From Sphagnum compactum (Eukaryota), in contig OZ234493.1 in NCBI GenBank assembly GCA_965153455.1, forward strand, positions 24,790,213 to 24,854,212: a DNA stretch of 64,000 nt, in the 5' to 3' direction. The notes under the pieces are model-generated. The model ran no database searches, was not told where the DNA came from, and saw nothing but the letters and a program-made list of their open reading frames with translations. The translations under genes and the position numbers were made by a program. Every line of letters starts with the position of its first letter. Positions within the stretch are counted from its first letter, which is position 1. Of this stretch, positions 38,491 to 51,315 are shown one piece after another.

Positions 38491-39908
38491 ATGTCAGAGA
38501 AATCTTTGGTAGAGCAGATGGAAGGACATCAAACTGTCCAAGGTGCCAAGGGTCAGGCTTGCTCACCAACAGGTCAGGTTGGGGATGTGATCAGGTTCTT
38601 CCTATCAACAATGATTTCTGCTAGTTTTGTGAAGGATGTGCCCTCACATGCTTTTCCTACCTGTTGCACCTAAATTGTTCCATAGGCAGCACATTGTCAG
38701 TTAGGCTTCTTCTTTCTAGTTCAGCACTATGTATTGTGATCTGTTCTTCTACTTGATCCTTTGTCTATGGTGATATTGACATTGAATGATTCCTCAGTCT
38801 TCATTGAAGCTACAAACTTTGATATGACAATGGAGACCTACATCCTTATGTGCTTTCTTTTTGGATGGAGGGGAGCTCCCCTTTTGCATTGCATACTTGA
38901 TAGTGGAAAGATTTTGGTTCTAATTTTAGTATGATTCTGCCTTTCATTGTGCCAGGATTGGGATGATACCAATCATTGGATTGAGTGGATTCATGCTTGG
39001 ACGATCAAACTCCCATTCTAAACACCAAGAAGATGAAACAGCACTCCCATTTACCAGTGAACATACAGCTCTATAATGGAAAGTATCCAGGGTCAAAATG
39101 CAAATTGACATCCTACAAGCCTTCAACTTATGGTGTATCTGAACTGCTTTCTGACCAACCTGATTACCTAGGTGCCCTGGAGAATGGGAGCAACCTAGTG
39201 GAAGAAGAAAGTAGCCCTATGGAAACAGCTGAGGACATTTCAGTGCCTGGAGAGGGTTTCCAAAAAATACCATTTTGGACTACTCTCAGTGCTGGGAGCT
39301 CCCATCATCTTAGGTTTTATGCCAGAACTAGTACTTCCCTCAGCTTTCCTGACCTCTCTGCATCTTTGCACTCTTCAGCACCTTATGTCAATTTTGAAGC
39401 CTCAGGTCTGAAACCCACCAGTGCAGACATGAGAATGATTGTTAATATGGGAGGAAGTGCTTTTCATTCAACCACCAGTAGTTTCATGAGAAACCCAGTG
39501 TCAATGTTAGTTCATGGTAATGAGCCATAAGGAAAACCTCCTGCTGGGAAAGGGGATGGCACTGGTGATGGTTCTGGGAAGTCCAAGCATCATAGGCTGA
39601 GGGATCCCAGTGACTGTATTCAAAGACAGACAAGGATTCGATTTGAAGCATCTGATCATCACTGTGCTGCACAAATGTCAATAACTGACACCAGTCAAAG
39701 TGATGTACAGGGAGCAGAATCAGGGAACTTTTCAACCTCTGAGGGACCTCTTCTAAGAAATTTGTGGGGACCACAGTCGTTGAGGTGGGTTAGAAATCAG
39801 ATCAGAGAAAAAGCACAGAAGGAAGCAAAGGACAAGCCCAAAAGTCTCAGAAGCTGTTCACTCAGGGATATGATGGAGCAATTCAGACTACTTTGGATCC
39901 TCTCCTAG
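38491..39908 (+). pseudogene. Spliced gene of unknown family interrupted by three in-frame stop codons
   Basis: Exon 38491-38572 (MSEKSLVEQ..., phase 1) joins exon 38956-39908 in one frame containing TGA 38964, TGA 38982 and TAA 39528. ORFs 38985-39530 and 39675-39908 share this frame. Candidate non-coding upstream exons end at GTGAGT (about 37192) and GTATG (about 38118). Confidence 0.5.
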
Positions 39909-40881
39909 GTAGCTTCAGTTCAATCTTACTACCTGAAAGATGTGTGAAAGTGACCTGGATGTTCATTGCTTGCCCTTCTTGCAAGTCCAGTCAGAGGACC
40001 AAATTTGCTGCATTACTTGGTCTACTCCACTAAACAGAGATTCCCACATGAACTTCAAGGTCTGCTGAGGAATCCTGCACAGCTCTGTATCTTCAAAGGT
40101 GACATTTAACGTCCTGGCACACCTGGAAAGAAAGCAGTCATGTTATTTTGACGGTAATGGATTGGTGCAATGAGGTTTGTTATTTCTGATTATTTTTATG
40201 TGATGCAGCAGAGCACCTAACGTCTGATGATGTCTCCAACAAGGAGGAACACAAGGACTTGTTGGGAGTACAGTCAAACAGGCCAAGGAGGCACATTGCA
40301 CAGACCCATGAGTCATCATTAGGCAAAGGACTGTCTGCAGAGCTTCATTCATGGATCAGATTCTGTATGGGATGGTGAAAGGTCTTTGGTACCTCCTTGG
40401 ACTTACCAAACTCCTACAAGTTTTTTGGCAGGGTCAATGTACTACAACAATAGCTAGTGTGATTTTCTTTGCAGCAGAGTTATATGGTGCCACATGTATG
40501 TGTAGTATAGATGCTGATTTGGGCAATTCTGTAAACTTCTCGAATAGGGTGTATTCCAAGTTGAATAGATTCCACGAAGAATTGGCTTCCACTTTACTAG
40601 CCAATCTTTCCAGCTGTAGTCATGTCAGGTGTTTGACAACATGATTCTGCTTTTTGGCAAGTATGAAGATATTTTTCTGACAAGTATGCTGCCAACATGT
40701 GCAGGAGAGAACGTACATAGTATTCTGACCACAAAATTTGAGGTTCATTCCTTCAGGTGCTTGCTGTACCCAGAAAAATCTCTCTCGGAATTTACAGAAG
40801 GCTTTTTCTGGAGTTACAGGAGAGTTCTTTATTTGCTCACCAAGCAAGAGACTGATGATGTTACAAGGAAACCCAAGGAGT

Positions 40882-43800
40882 TCAAAGTCTTTGGGTTCCA
40901 ATTGTATCTAAAAGTCTAGAGATTTGGAGCATAGATGGCCGCTTTGACCTCATGTCTTCTGTACACCAGACAGCTAATCCTAACACTCTGACCAATTCCT
41001 GCTTCATCCCACATTCCCTAAATGTACACTCAAACTCAGGAATACCATCAAACCCTGACATTGGACTATACCCAAAGCTGCTGCGGCGAGCATTTGATGC
41101 AGGACTTGACACACTACTTAAGCCAAGGCTAAACCTTGGAGGAAGCCTCACATGTCCCCCACCTCTCATCTCCATACATGACAAATTAGCCCCTGGAGCA
41201 GCAGCAGTAACAGCAAAGCTAGGACTGAAGTGGACTGGGTGAACATCAGGGCTGAATAATGGACTCCTCCCAGGGCTTGATGCTTGGCTTGACCCTGGGG
41301 AAAAATGAGGGTGAACATAAGAATCAACTCCTCCTACTAGTCTATCTACATGGTCTCTTAGCTCTGCATCCAACTCCAGAATCAGCTCAGGGTCAAGGAT
41401 CTCAAGAATCTTGCTTTGTAGAACTGAATGTCTAACCCAACTAATCAGATCTGAATCTTCTTTGTCTGTGAAAAATCGATCAGTAGGACGCTTTCCTGTA
41501 AGAATTTCCAGGAGCACAATCCCAAAACTATACACATCTCCCTTGGTGGATGCCAGGGCACACTGTCCATATTCGGGAGGAATGTAACCGACGGTGCCTG
41601 CAAACTGTGTACTCAGGTGACTGTCATACGCTGAGATCAGACGTGCTAGCCCAAAATCTGCGATGAAGGCATTGAAATCAGCATCTAGCAATATATTGGA
41701 TGCCTTTATATCACGATGAATTACATGTGGAACACATACATGGTGGAGAAATACCAAGCCCCTTGCAGCTCCCTGCAATGATATAAGATAACAGAGAGTC
41801 AGTTCAACCATTAGTGTAAAAGCACTAATTTACACTCTGTTAACCACAGTTTTGCACATAACAGAAGACCTAATATATGAACAGCGCTGTGGAGGTTGAT
41901 TAATATGCTGGCATGCCCTTGATTAGCCAGATACAAGCAAGTGGTTCTGTGTGCCTAAGGTGTTGGAATCAACTCAAAACCTTAGCTATAGCACACCAAC
42001 TTTAAGCTTGTTTCTTCTCCTCACAAAGCATACAAGGACTTTAAAGGATACTCAGGATATTCTAGATATAGCAAGGAGAATCAAAATTTGGATTAGAACA
42101 AGTACTACACTTGGATCTGGTGTGATTCTAGCAGAATGGCATAAAAAACCAAGTCAACACCCGCAGATTTGGAATGAGAGGACAGCACACAAACCTGGGC
42201 TATTTTCAGCCTTGTAGACCAATTCAATCCAGTTCTTCCAGCACAAATGAAAGCATTTCTGTGGAGCCAAAGGTCCAGATTCCCATTGCACTTGTACTCA
42301 TACACCAAAACTCGATCTGAGCCAAATGTGCAGTAGCCAAGTAAGGGCACAATGTTAGCATGTTTGACTTTCCCGAGTGTTTCCATTTCAGCCAAGAACT
42401 CCCTCTCTCCTTCGGTCTTATCACCCATCAGTCTCTTCACTGCCACTACCCTGTTGTCCTGCCTCAACAAATGCAGCAACATATTCAAACACCATTAACC
42501 TACCCAACATAACAACTGCACAATTTGCCAACCTACTTTTGGCCCCTGCAAGACAAGGCTTTGGTGGAAAGAAAGTGATGGTGCAAGATTCTGGATCAGC
42601 AACCAAATACTGTTGCCATCAGCTGCTACTTTCTCTTCCTCACAATTGAGTTTCAAAATCTTTTCCAAACTGCCCTAATCTCAGTTCGAACCACAAATTA
42701 TTCCTGATAGGTGCCCCAAGCAAGCTTGGTAACTTGCTCTAAAATTTTGAGGTTCAAATAATAAATTTTACCCCTTTTCTTAAGGACTCTCACTGAAGAG
42801 AAATCTAGGCTAAACTGTTACCTTGAATGTAGCTTTGTAGACAGTGCCAAAACCACCATCCCCAATGACATTCTCTATGGAAAAATTGTTGGTGGCTTCC
42901 ATGAGATCACCCAAAGTCAACTTTGGCAAAAGGGTTTCAAACATAGCCACATTGATGCTGAGAGCGTCTTTTGGGGTTGGCCACTCATGGGTCACTAAAT
43001 CATGAACAGCCAACAACCTTGTCAAAATTTTCCGCCGTCGTGAAAGCTCCCACCAGCATAGCAGCCCCAATACAGCCCAAGTGCCCATGCCTGTTGCAAG
43101 CACTATGCATACCAAGGCACCTGTTCGCAGTTGACCCCGATGTTTGCTGCAAGAACATCATACAAATATACAGCATGTAAGCACCATTTTTCATCACTAA
43201 GTTCAGAAATATCCAAACCTAAACCATTGCTAATCCACTATTTTGAAAAGTTCAAGCTACAAGTGAAGTCAAAACATAAAAGTTGTTGAGAACTCTGCAA
43301 ATCGTAGGCCTGATTCTATGACCAGCCCCTTGCTATGGAGTCTTCTGTCTTCACAGAAAAGAAATTCAGGTGTAAGTGAGAGTGTCAGAGAACTTATTAC
43401 CTAAAAGCAGATCTATGACCATTGCCATCACTTATATTCATCAGCTGTGCAGAGGGTGGACCACAGGTTCTACCAACAGGCACACCACACAGGCCCAAAT
43501 TTTTGGAGAATGAGTCTGGTCCAAATGTGTCAAACTGGCCCTGCTCTGGGATTGGCCCAGTTAGCTGGTTCTGAGAAACATTGAAGAAACTCAGAAATGA
43601 AAGATTCTCAAGCTCTGCTGGTATTACTCCTTGAAAGGAATTTTGAGACAGGTCAAGGTAACAAAGGGCTTCTGCATCTCCAAGAGAAGCAGGAATTTCA
43701 CCAAAGAGTTTGTTATCATGAACATCGAGAACCCACAGGTTTTTAAGCTCCCCAAAATCAGCTGGAAGAGTACCCGAAAAATGATTACCACCAAGCAACA

Positions 43801-46768
43801 GATATGTTTGGCCCCTGGAGGCTCCTATGTACATCATGTCCAAGGCCCAATTGGTTATTGTTTCTGGACTTGCTGGTTGGGGAGTCAACAATGAATCTTG
43901 GCTTTGGAAGTAGGTTACATTTGCAAGCCCCATGGGAATTTCCCCAGAGAGGCTGTTGAAAGAAAGATCCAATGCTTGCAGTTTAGTCAACTGACTAATC
44001 CAAGTAGGAAATGTACCAGTAAAATTGTTTTGACCCAATAGTAAGAAACGAAGGGAGATCAATCTTGCAAGTTGTGACGGTAGGTTGCCAGAGAGCATGT
44101 TTCCTGCTAAATCCAACCCTTCTAGAAGAGCAAGATCTCCCAACTGCAATGGAATACTCCCTGACAGATTGTTGAAGGAAAGGGAGAGGACCACCAAGTT
44201 TGGAAGCTGGCCCAATTCTGCTGGGATCTCACCATTGAAGGCATTTGAACCCAAGTACACTGTCTCCAAATATTGACAGTTTGCCAAGCTAGAGGGAAGT
44301 TGGCCTTCAAGTTTGTTGTTGGCAACTGACAAGGCAACAAGATTTGGTAAATTGCCCAACCAAGCACCAAGATTTCCTGTCCATGCATTATGGTCAAGCC
44401 AGAGCTGTTGTAGCCATCTACAGTGTGCAAGTGACTCAGGAATGCTTCCAGTCAAGTTGTTGAAAGAGAGAGCAATGAGATGGAGAAATTGGAGTTGTCC
44501 CCATTCAAGTGGAATACTTCCACAGAAGTTGTTCGAGGGCAGAATAATCTCTTCCAAAAATGGTGAGGTTCTTCCCCATGCAGGTAAGCTCCCTGAGAGA
44601 CTGTTCTTCCCCATTGCCACTACTTTGAGCCAGCTAAACCTTGTAAAGCATACTGGAATTTCACCTTTGGAGGAAGACACAAGAATGAAGGTTAATCAAG
44701 AAAATCCATCCATTAGATTGGCAGAAAATTTTCTATAACACCAGGATTGAGTTGAGACAATTCTGTGAGGAAGAACCTTCAATCATCAGGCACATTTTAC
44801 TTCATGGTTGAAATCCCAATACAACAAAAGCTGAAAAAATAACTTTAGGTACCTTGAAGTGAATTGAAGGATAGCAGTAGAAATCTGAGGAGTATACAGT
44901 TGCAGAGGGCTGGCGGTAAGAAGCCCGTAAGATTGTTTGACTGGAGGTCCAGGAAGAGCAGCAACCCAAGATTTCCAAGACTAGAAGGAACCAAACCAGT
45001 CAGGTTGTTGGAAGAGAGTGACAAAACTTTCAGGGATTCAAGGTTGCCAAGAGACATGGGGATGGATCCTGATATAAATGTGTGATTCACATACAAGGCC
45101 TTCAGCTGCACACAAGAAAATGCACAACCAGCATGATCAGCCATTTGAACCCTTTTCCAACTGTATCAAATCATCTGGAGTTGTAGCCCAAGAATGAAGA
45201 GAACGAGGAACTCAATTGCAGCTCATAGACTGAAATCTAGCTAGCCTCCCCCCCTTTGCTGTTGTTAAACATCTCCAAACCCCTTTGCTTGTCTCAACAG
45301 TTTGCTGCTGATTTTTGTCATTGATCCTTCAATCAATCTTTTGAGAAGCAGTTAATGAAAACCAAACCTTGGTGAGTTGAGAAAGCTCATCAGGAAGGCT
45401 CCCAGAAAACTGGTTGTTTGAAAGGTCCAATACTTGGAGGGAGGAAAGCATTCCCAGTGAGTTGGGTATACTGCCGTTCAGCAAATTGTTTGAGAGTCTG
45501 AGTACTAGGAGAGAAGAGATCATGCCAAGAGACAAGGGAATGCTCCCACTCAAGCTGTTCCTCTGGAGCCGAAGCACTTTCAACAACCAAAGATTCCCAA
45601 ACTGAAATGGAATGCCTCCTGTGAGACTATTGTTTTGAAGATCCAGGACTTTTAGCAGCTGAAGACCTGTGAGTTGGATTGGAATAACACCACTGAGATT
45701 GTTATGTGCAAGAGAGAGAAACTCGAGGCTTTGGAGGCATCCCACATTGGGAGGGATGATACCATGCAAGTTGTTGAAAGAGAAAGAAATGTATCTAACA
45801 CCTGCCATCCCACACAGCTCAGGAATCTCTCCAGAGATATTATTCCCAGAAAGACTGATGCCCTTCAAGCTCTTGATTGCCAAGAGGTTTGCTGGTATGG
45901 AGCCACTCAGTTGATTGCCTCGCAAGTCCAGGACACCCAGATTAGCCAAAGATCCAATGCTCGCTGGAATGGAGCCAGAGAGACAGTTGAAGCTCAAATC
46001 AAGGCTGGTGAGATTGGGAAGCAACCCGAGCCATGAAGGGATCCCTCCAGAGAAGCTGTTGTGCGACAGATTGAGGGCCTGCAATCCTGTGAGAAGAGAA
46101 AATGAGAAAGGGATTGGCCCCCTCAAAGCTCTGTTGGAGAAATTGATGGCGATCACTCTTCCTTCATAGCACTGAACCCCAATCAAGTAACACATGGTGA
46201 TCAGATCCGTTTCCAATTTGCCAATGGCACTGTGAGATGATGCTGATGATCCCTCCAACTCTGCCGCTGTGCCCAGCAATCCTGCTGGCTCATCCATCCT
46301 GCCCTCCTCCAACAACCAAGAGGGCATCTGTTTGCTGAATTTCAATCTAGGGTACCTTTCAGCGAGCTTCCACCTGCTAATCTTCAGACTGTTGTTGATC
46401 TCCATTGATGGTGGTGCTCTCATATGTGGTTGTGCCAGAGATAGCAACCCCCGAACTCCTCCAGCTTGATTCCCTCCACTAAACAAGCATGGAGAAGGAG
46501 CAAGCATCTGGAGTCTCCCGTCCTCAACATCTTGCTGATCCACATGTCCACTAGTCGAGAATTCTTTTGCACCAGTCACCACCAGATTCTGACAGAATAC
46601 CCAGAAGAAGAAGAGCAAGGTCAGGAGGACATGCTTCCGATCTCTTCTTCTCCTTCCAGAAGCAGGACACTGGCATCCTCGATTATTATTCACGACTGAG
46701 GCTCCAGCAGAAGTGCCGCCGCCGCCGTCGTCGTCGTCGAGGTGGTTCTTGACCACCCAGGACCTCAT
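40882..46768 (-). CDS. Leucine-rich-repeat receptor-like kinase, LRR-X EMS1/BRI1/PSKR-like, 6 exons, about 1465 aa
   Basis: Exons 46768-45368, 45105-44853, 44664-43401, 43146-42822, 42458-42195 and 41772-40882 join in frame. It has many plant LRRs (LxLxxNxLsGxIP), a capping motif NLGLCG, a transmembrane helix, the juxtamembrane [35 protein letters not shown] (EMS1-like), and kinase motifs [20 protein letters not shown] and [10 protein letters not shown]. Confidence 0.93.
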
Positions 46769-47896
46769 TATTATTGCTTGAGCGAGGAGACAGAAGAGTC
46801 TCTCAAGTCGGCCCACAGCAGCACCACCACGAAGTTCCTCCTCACTACATTCTCTCTCTATTACTCCTCATCTCACGAGCTCCTCCTCCGCCTCCTCCTC
46901 CTCCTCCTCACAGCCATGGCCACCACCACCCCCAAGGCAAGTGGCCAAACTCCCCGGCAGCATGCTCATGAATTCCTTTTGCTGCTGGTCCTGCTGCTAC
47001 TCCTCCCTCTCACCCCGTACCCTCCTCTCTCTCTCTTCGATGTCCGAAAGAGCATTAATTTCTACAACCAAAATGCTTGCAAACCAGCAACCTCTTCTCT
47101 CTCGATCATCAATCCAATGTGATCGATCAAGAGCTTCTCTGGAGGGATCTCACTCAACTTGCTTACAATGAATTTCAACAACAAAGAAACAAAACCACAA
47201 AAAACGAAAAACAAAAAAAAAAAAAAAGCGCTTGATGCGCAAAGTCCTGAATAAAACACCTCGACAGGTACGAGAGATATGTCAGTCACCTGATGATTAT
47301 CATCATCATCATCACACACACACCCACAATCACACGGGTGTGTATTCTTGTCTCTATCTTTAGGCAGAGATTCTGTTGCAGGCAGCAAACGCAATTGAGT
47401 ACGCGTCCGTCACACACATATAATTAGTATAATACACATATTACACTAGAGTTTTGAAGGACATTTTTGCAACCGCGTCTGACTAGAGTCTCTACTGTCT
47501 GTGTTTTTGTCCTTGTAACTCAAATGATTGATTGCATCAAAAGGGGCCGCCGGCTCTTGAGTCCGTCTATCCTCCCATTTTGGCAGAATGGGGATGGAGC
47601 CCTTCTTGATTAATAAATGTCATAGGTTGGTTTTTTTTGGTTTTTGTTTCTGTTTTGGCAGAATGGACGTAGCCTTTTCCTATTCAATCAATGCCCACTT
47701 CTTTCTTCATAGTAGAAAAGCAATGATCAGGAAAAAAGCAATGATCCAAATCATAAATCAAGCAATTAATGTTGTAGGTTTTTGCTGATTGGGTTTAGCC
47801 TCTCTTACTCAATACCATTCTTTCATTCATTCTTTTAAGAGTTTAAACAAAAGAAAAAGCAGTGATTGAAATCAGGAATCGTGGGTTCATTTTTCA

Positions 47897-48025
47897 TCAC
47901 ATCCCATGGGCCACTATTCTCTCTCTTTCTCTCTTCAGCAAACCCATCTTCCCCGAATAGATCACATCCCATGGGCCACTATTCTCTCTCTCTCTCTCTT
48001 CAGCAACCCATCTTCCCTGAATAGA
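47897..48025. repeat. Tandem duplication of about 65 bp upstream of the LRR-RLK
   Basis: TCACATCCCATGGGCCACTATTCTCTCTC...CTTCAGCAACCCATCTTCCC.GAATAGA occurs twice. Confidence 0.8.
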
Positions 48026-50033
48026 TAGGATGTTCTTAGGAAAGGCTATTAATCGAGGGCAAAAATAGTGGCAAGCCAATTTTAGGAATAGAATTTCCTC
48101 ATGGAGTGAAGGGGGCCTCCCTTTTTTTTTCTTGTATTTGCTAAAAACTACTTACAACCCAGTAGAAGTCTTTCTCCTCTCATAACGGATCAGTCCAAAA
48201 ATAAGTACCACAAATGACAAATGCTGGACTCAGCCAGCCGCACATGCATTTCCTCATTCCCTGTAAATACTTACAACACACGTACTTACAACATACACAA
48301 ACATATATAGAGACGCTTTATCAATTAATGGAGACAGAGACAAGAGACAACGGAGAGAGAGAGAAAAAGAAAGAGAAACTCTTTTGAACTGCAGAATTCA
48401 TTCATGTGCCACACTCCCCCATCCATGTTTGAAAAAAAAAGAAAATAAGGAAGCAGAATTGGTGCTTTTGCATTTCATTTAAGTTAAGCCTTACATCCTC
48501 AAAAAGCGATGATGGATCGATCCAGCTGCTGCACAATCAACTGATGAGACGACTCAGGAGTGCGAGCAAGATATCAAAATGCGTGATGGTTTGAATGATC
48601 GCGATGCTAATGATTTTAGAAAACAGGGGGTGAAAAAAAACCATAATAATAATAATAACGGAAACAAACTGCCACGCGATGCCTGCGACTATAAATGCAG
48701 CGAGCCTGCGAGCGAGCGGAAGTTCGGCGCGGGAGCGGGAAATCGGTGCGTGAGCAACGGACGGGAAGAAACCACACGAAGCAACCGCAGCTGCCGAGGA
48801 GTCTGCACAACGCCGCCATCGCGTGTTGGGGGGTTCTTTCGTCGGGTCCTTAAGTGGAGTCCTTTCGTGAGGTCTTTACGTGGAGTCCCTTCGTGGGGGG
48901 GTATTTCTGTGAGATTCTTTTTGTCAGCACATGGAAATTTTGGTATATGTATTAAAGTTATCTGTAAAGTAAAGAAAATTTTATTAAATCTCAGTATGAC
49001 AAGATTCGAGAGTAATTATAGTAGTTGTACAGGTAGAAGCAGTGAAAATATATGTAGCAGCAGTGGAGGCGCTTTGGAAAAAGGAAAGACAGATGAAACT
49101 CAGGCTCACTTTAGACTAGGGCCCAAGATCCAATCTCCTAGGAACCAATTTGCACTGATTTGAAGCAAATTGAATCCTTGAGTTGGACTGTACCTTGGTC
49201 CCTAGCCTAATTCTTGCATTGGTTCTCCAAATGAGGAGCTCTCCTTTTAGCACTGTTTTTGGGTCAGAACCAAGTGATTTTCCCTCCAAAACAGGTGCTA
49301 TGTAGGTTTAGCCTCAATTTGCCACTGTTTGGTCTTGGAACCTTGTCTACATGTGTTGGGATCAATTTAAAGCTTCTGACCAATAGGATTGTTTGAATTC
49401 ATTGGTCCTTGGACCTTGGACCCTCGTCTAAAGTTGCACTCAATTTACCACCAAAACCGATGGAAAAACTAGTTTGGGTCCCAGTTATTTTGATTTGTAA
49501 AATTTTCATTCCCAGTTACACATTTGATGCCCTATGATGCCAAAACTGGCCATTCTCGCCCCCTAATCACATAACTTTCCAAACAACTCAATTATTTTGT
49601 GAAAATGGAATATATTGCCTCGTGTATTTTTAAAGAGTAGAGTTAAGACACCCAAGCAAGGGACTTCACTAATGGATGGGGGGGGGGGGGAGGTTCTTTC
49701 ACATGTTTTTTTTGTTTTCCAACAGGTTTTTAAAGCCACCAGTCACAGGAGCAGCATTGTGTCAAGAATTTTTTTTGAGACACAAATGCAAAATCCACTG
49801 TAAAGAGAACACCAGGCAAGGGGGGAGCACCCACCTTAGACACTGAAAAGTCAAGTCCGAAACTAATCATGGTGGGTAACTGATGACTCCATCTACTGTA
49901 GGGGAAGGGACTAATTTGAGACCCTTTCAGATTTGAGATCTCCTGAGACCAGTAGACTGAGGGGAGAGTCAAAGACTTGAAAGGGTCTAAACCTAGACCC
50001 CTCCCCTACATAAAAGCATAGCAAAAAAAATTT

Positions 50034-50326
50034 AGGAAAATTTTGAATTCACACCTTTTTTGGTTAAATTCACACCCTTTCTTCGCGCGTCCGATTATAT
50101 GCAGGCTCTAAGAACAAGACAAGCACGACCAGAGACAAGTCTCACTTTGAATACGTGGAAGGACGCAAGTGTGGGGTCTGTAGTCAATCCGGGCACAACT
50201 CGAGAAACTTGCCCGCAAAAGTAATTGAACTAATAAAGGAACATACTCTTAAAGTTTAATCTGCATAAAATCGGACGCATGAAGGGTGTGAATTTAACCA
50301 AAAAAGGTGTGAAATTTGAAATTTTC
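50034..50326. mobile_element. Non-autonomous Mutator-like element (MITE) copy 1, about 70-bp TIRs enclosing a zinc-knuckle remnant
   Basis: Left end AGGAAAATTTTGAATTCACACCTTTTTTGGTTAAATTCACACCCTTTCTTCGCGCGTCCGATTATATGCAG; right end CTGCATAAAATCGGACGCATGAAGGGTGTGAATTTAACCAAAAAAGGTGTGAAATTTGAAATTTTCT. The interior reads GSKNKTSTTRDKSHFEYVEGRKCGVCSQSGHNSR. Confidence 0.8.
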
Positions 50327-50939
50327 TTTTTTTTAATGCTTTTAAATTATTATTTTTTAAATGACAGCCCAGATGGGTAGCTTCCAAGTTGTGAAAGTTC
50401 CTCTGACAGCCTTGGAGAGTAACTTCCACCCTCTCTAAAATTTGTCCTCAAGGCTGTCTGTCCATGAAACAGGTTTTCTTAGGGCCGACAAGGGGTCCCA
50501 AAAAAAATCCCCAAAAAAAAGTTTGGTTGCTTCTCGTAAAATGGGGACACCAAATCCCCATTTGTTGAGCCCTGCCCCCACAGGGACGAGGACTATTATC
50601 GCATTGGATCCAACTTTTGGAAGTTTTACCTTATTAGAACTGGTTCCTTTGGTGAAAGTGTTTAGACTGTTTAGATCGGAACAGATTTTTTTGGTGTTCA
50701 GAGTGTGAACACAGTAGGTGGATGTACAGCATCTTATCTATTGGCAGGGCCGGCGTGTTTGTTTGTTAATGCCTTGTTGAAATTCCATGAGATATTCCAC
50801 CTCTGCAATCGGAATTGCAATGTCCCTCGACTTGCTCGACCACTCAAGAATTTCTCACGAGCCTTAATTTTTATGACAACACATCAATTGTCATGGCAGT
50901 AGTAAAATGTGTTACAAAGAATATTTTATGCACATATTC

Positions 50940-51137
50940 AGGAAATTTTAAATTCACACCCTTTCTTTCACGCAAGTGTGGGGTCTGTGGTCAATCAGGG
51001 CACAACTCGAGAACTTGCCCGCAGAAGTAACTGAACTGATAAAGGAACATACTCTTAAAGTTTAATCTGCATAAGATTGGACGCTCGAAGAAAGGGTGTG
51101 AATTTAACCAAAAAAGGTGTGAATTTAAAATTTTCCT
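50940..51137. mobile_element. Second, internally deleted copy of the same Mutator-like MITE
   Basis: Shortened left TIR, interior RKCGVCGQSGHNSRTCPQK*, and a full right TIR ...GGGTGTGAATTTAACCAAAAAAGGTGTGAATTTAAAATTTTCCT. Confidence 0.8.
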
Positions 51138-51315
51138 ATTTTATTCAATGACACTACTACATCCATGCGAACGTATTTAAGTGTTGGATAAGATACCTAC
51201 ACACGCAAGTGGTTTAAAGGAAAGGAAATTTTCATACACGTAATTAATTATTTGATGACACTTTAACAGAGAACTCCTCCATCCATGGGAATATATTTTA
51301 AGTGTTGGGTCAGAG

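Noticed and set aside
38860-38880. TTTGGATGGAGGGGAGCTCCC resembles mature miR159/miR319 (2-3 mismatches)
   Set aside because: I could not find a complementary star arm at the expected distance. The match overlaps a local palindrome inside an intron and is probably chance.
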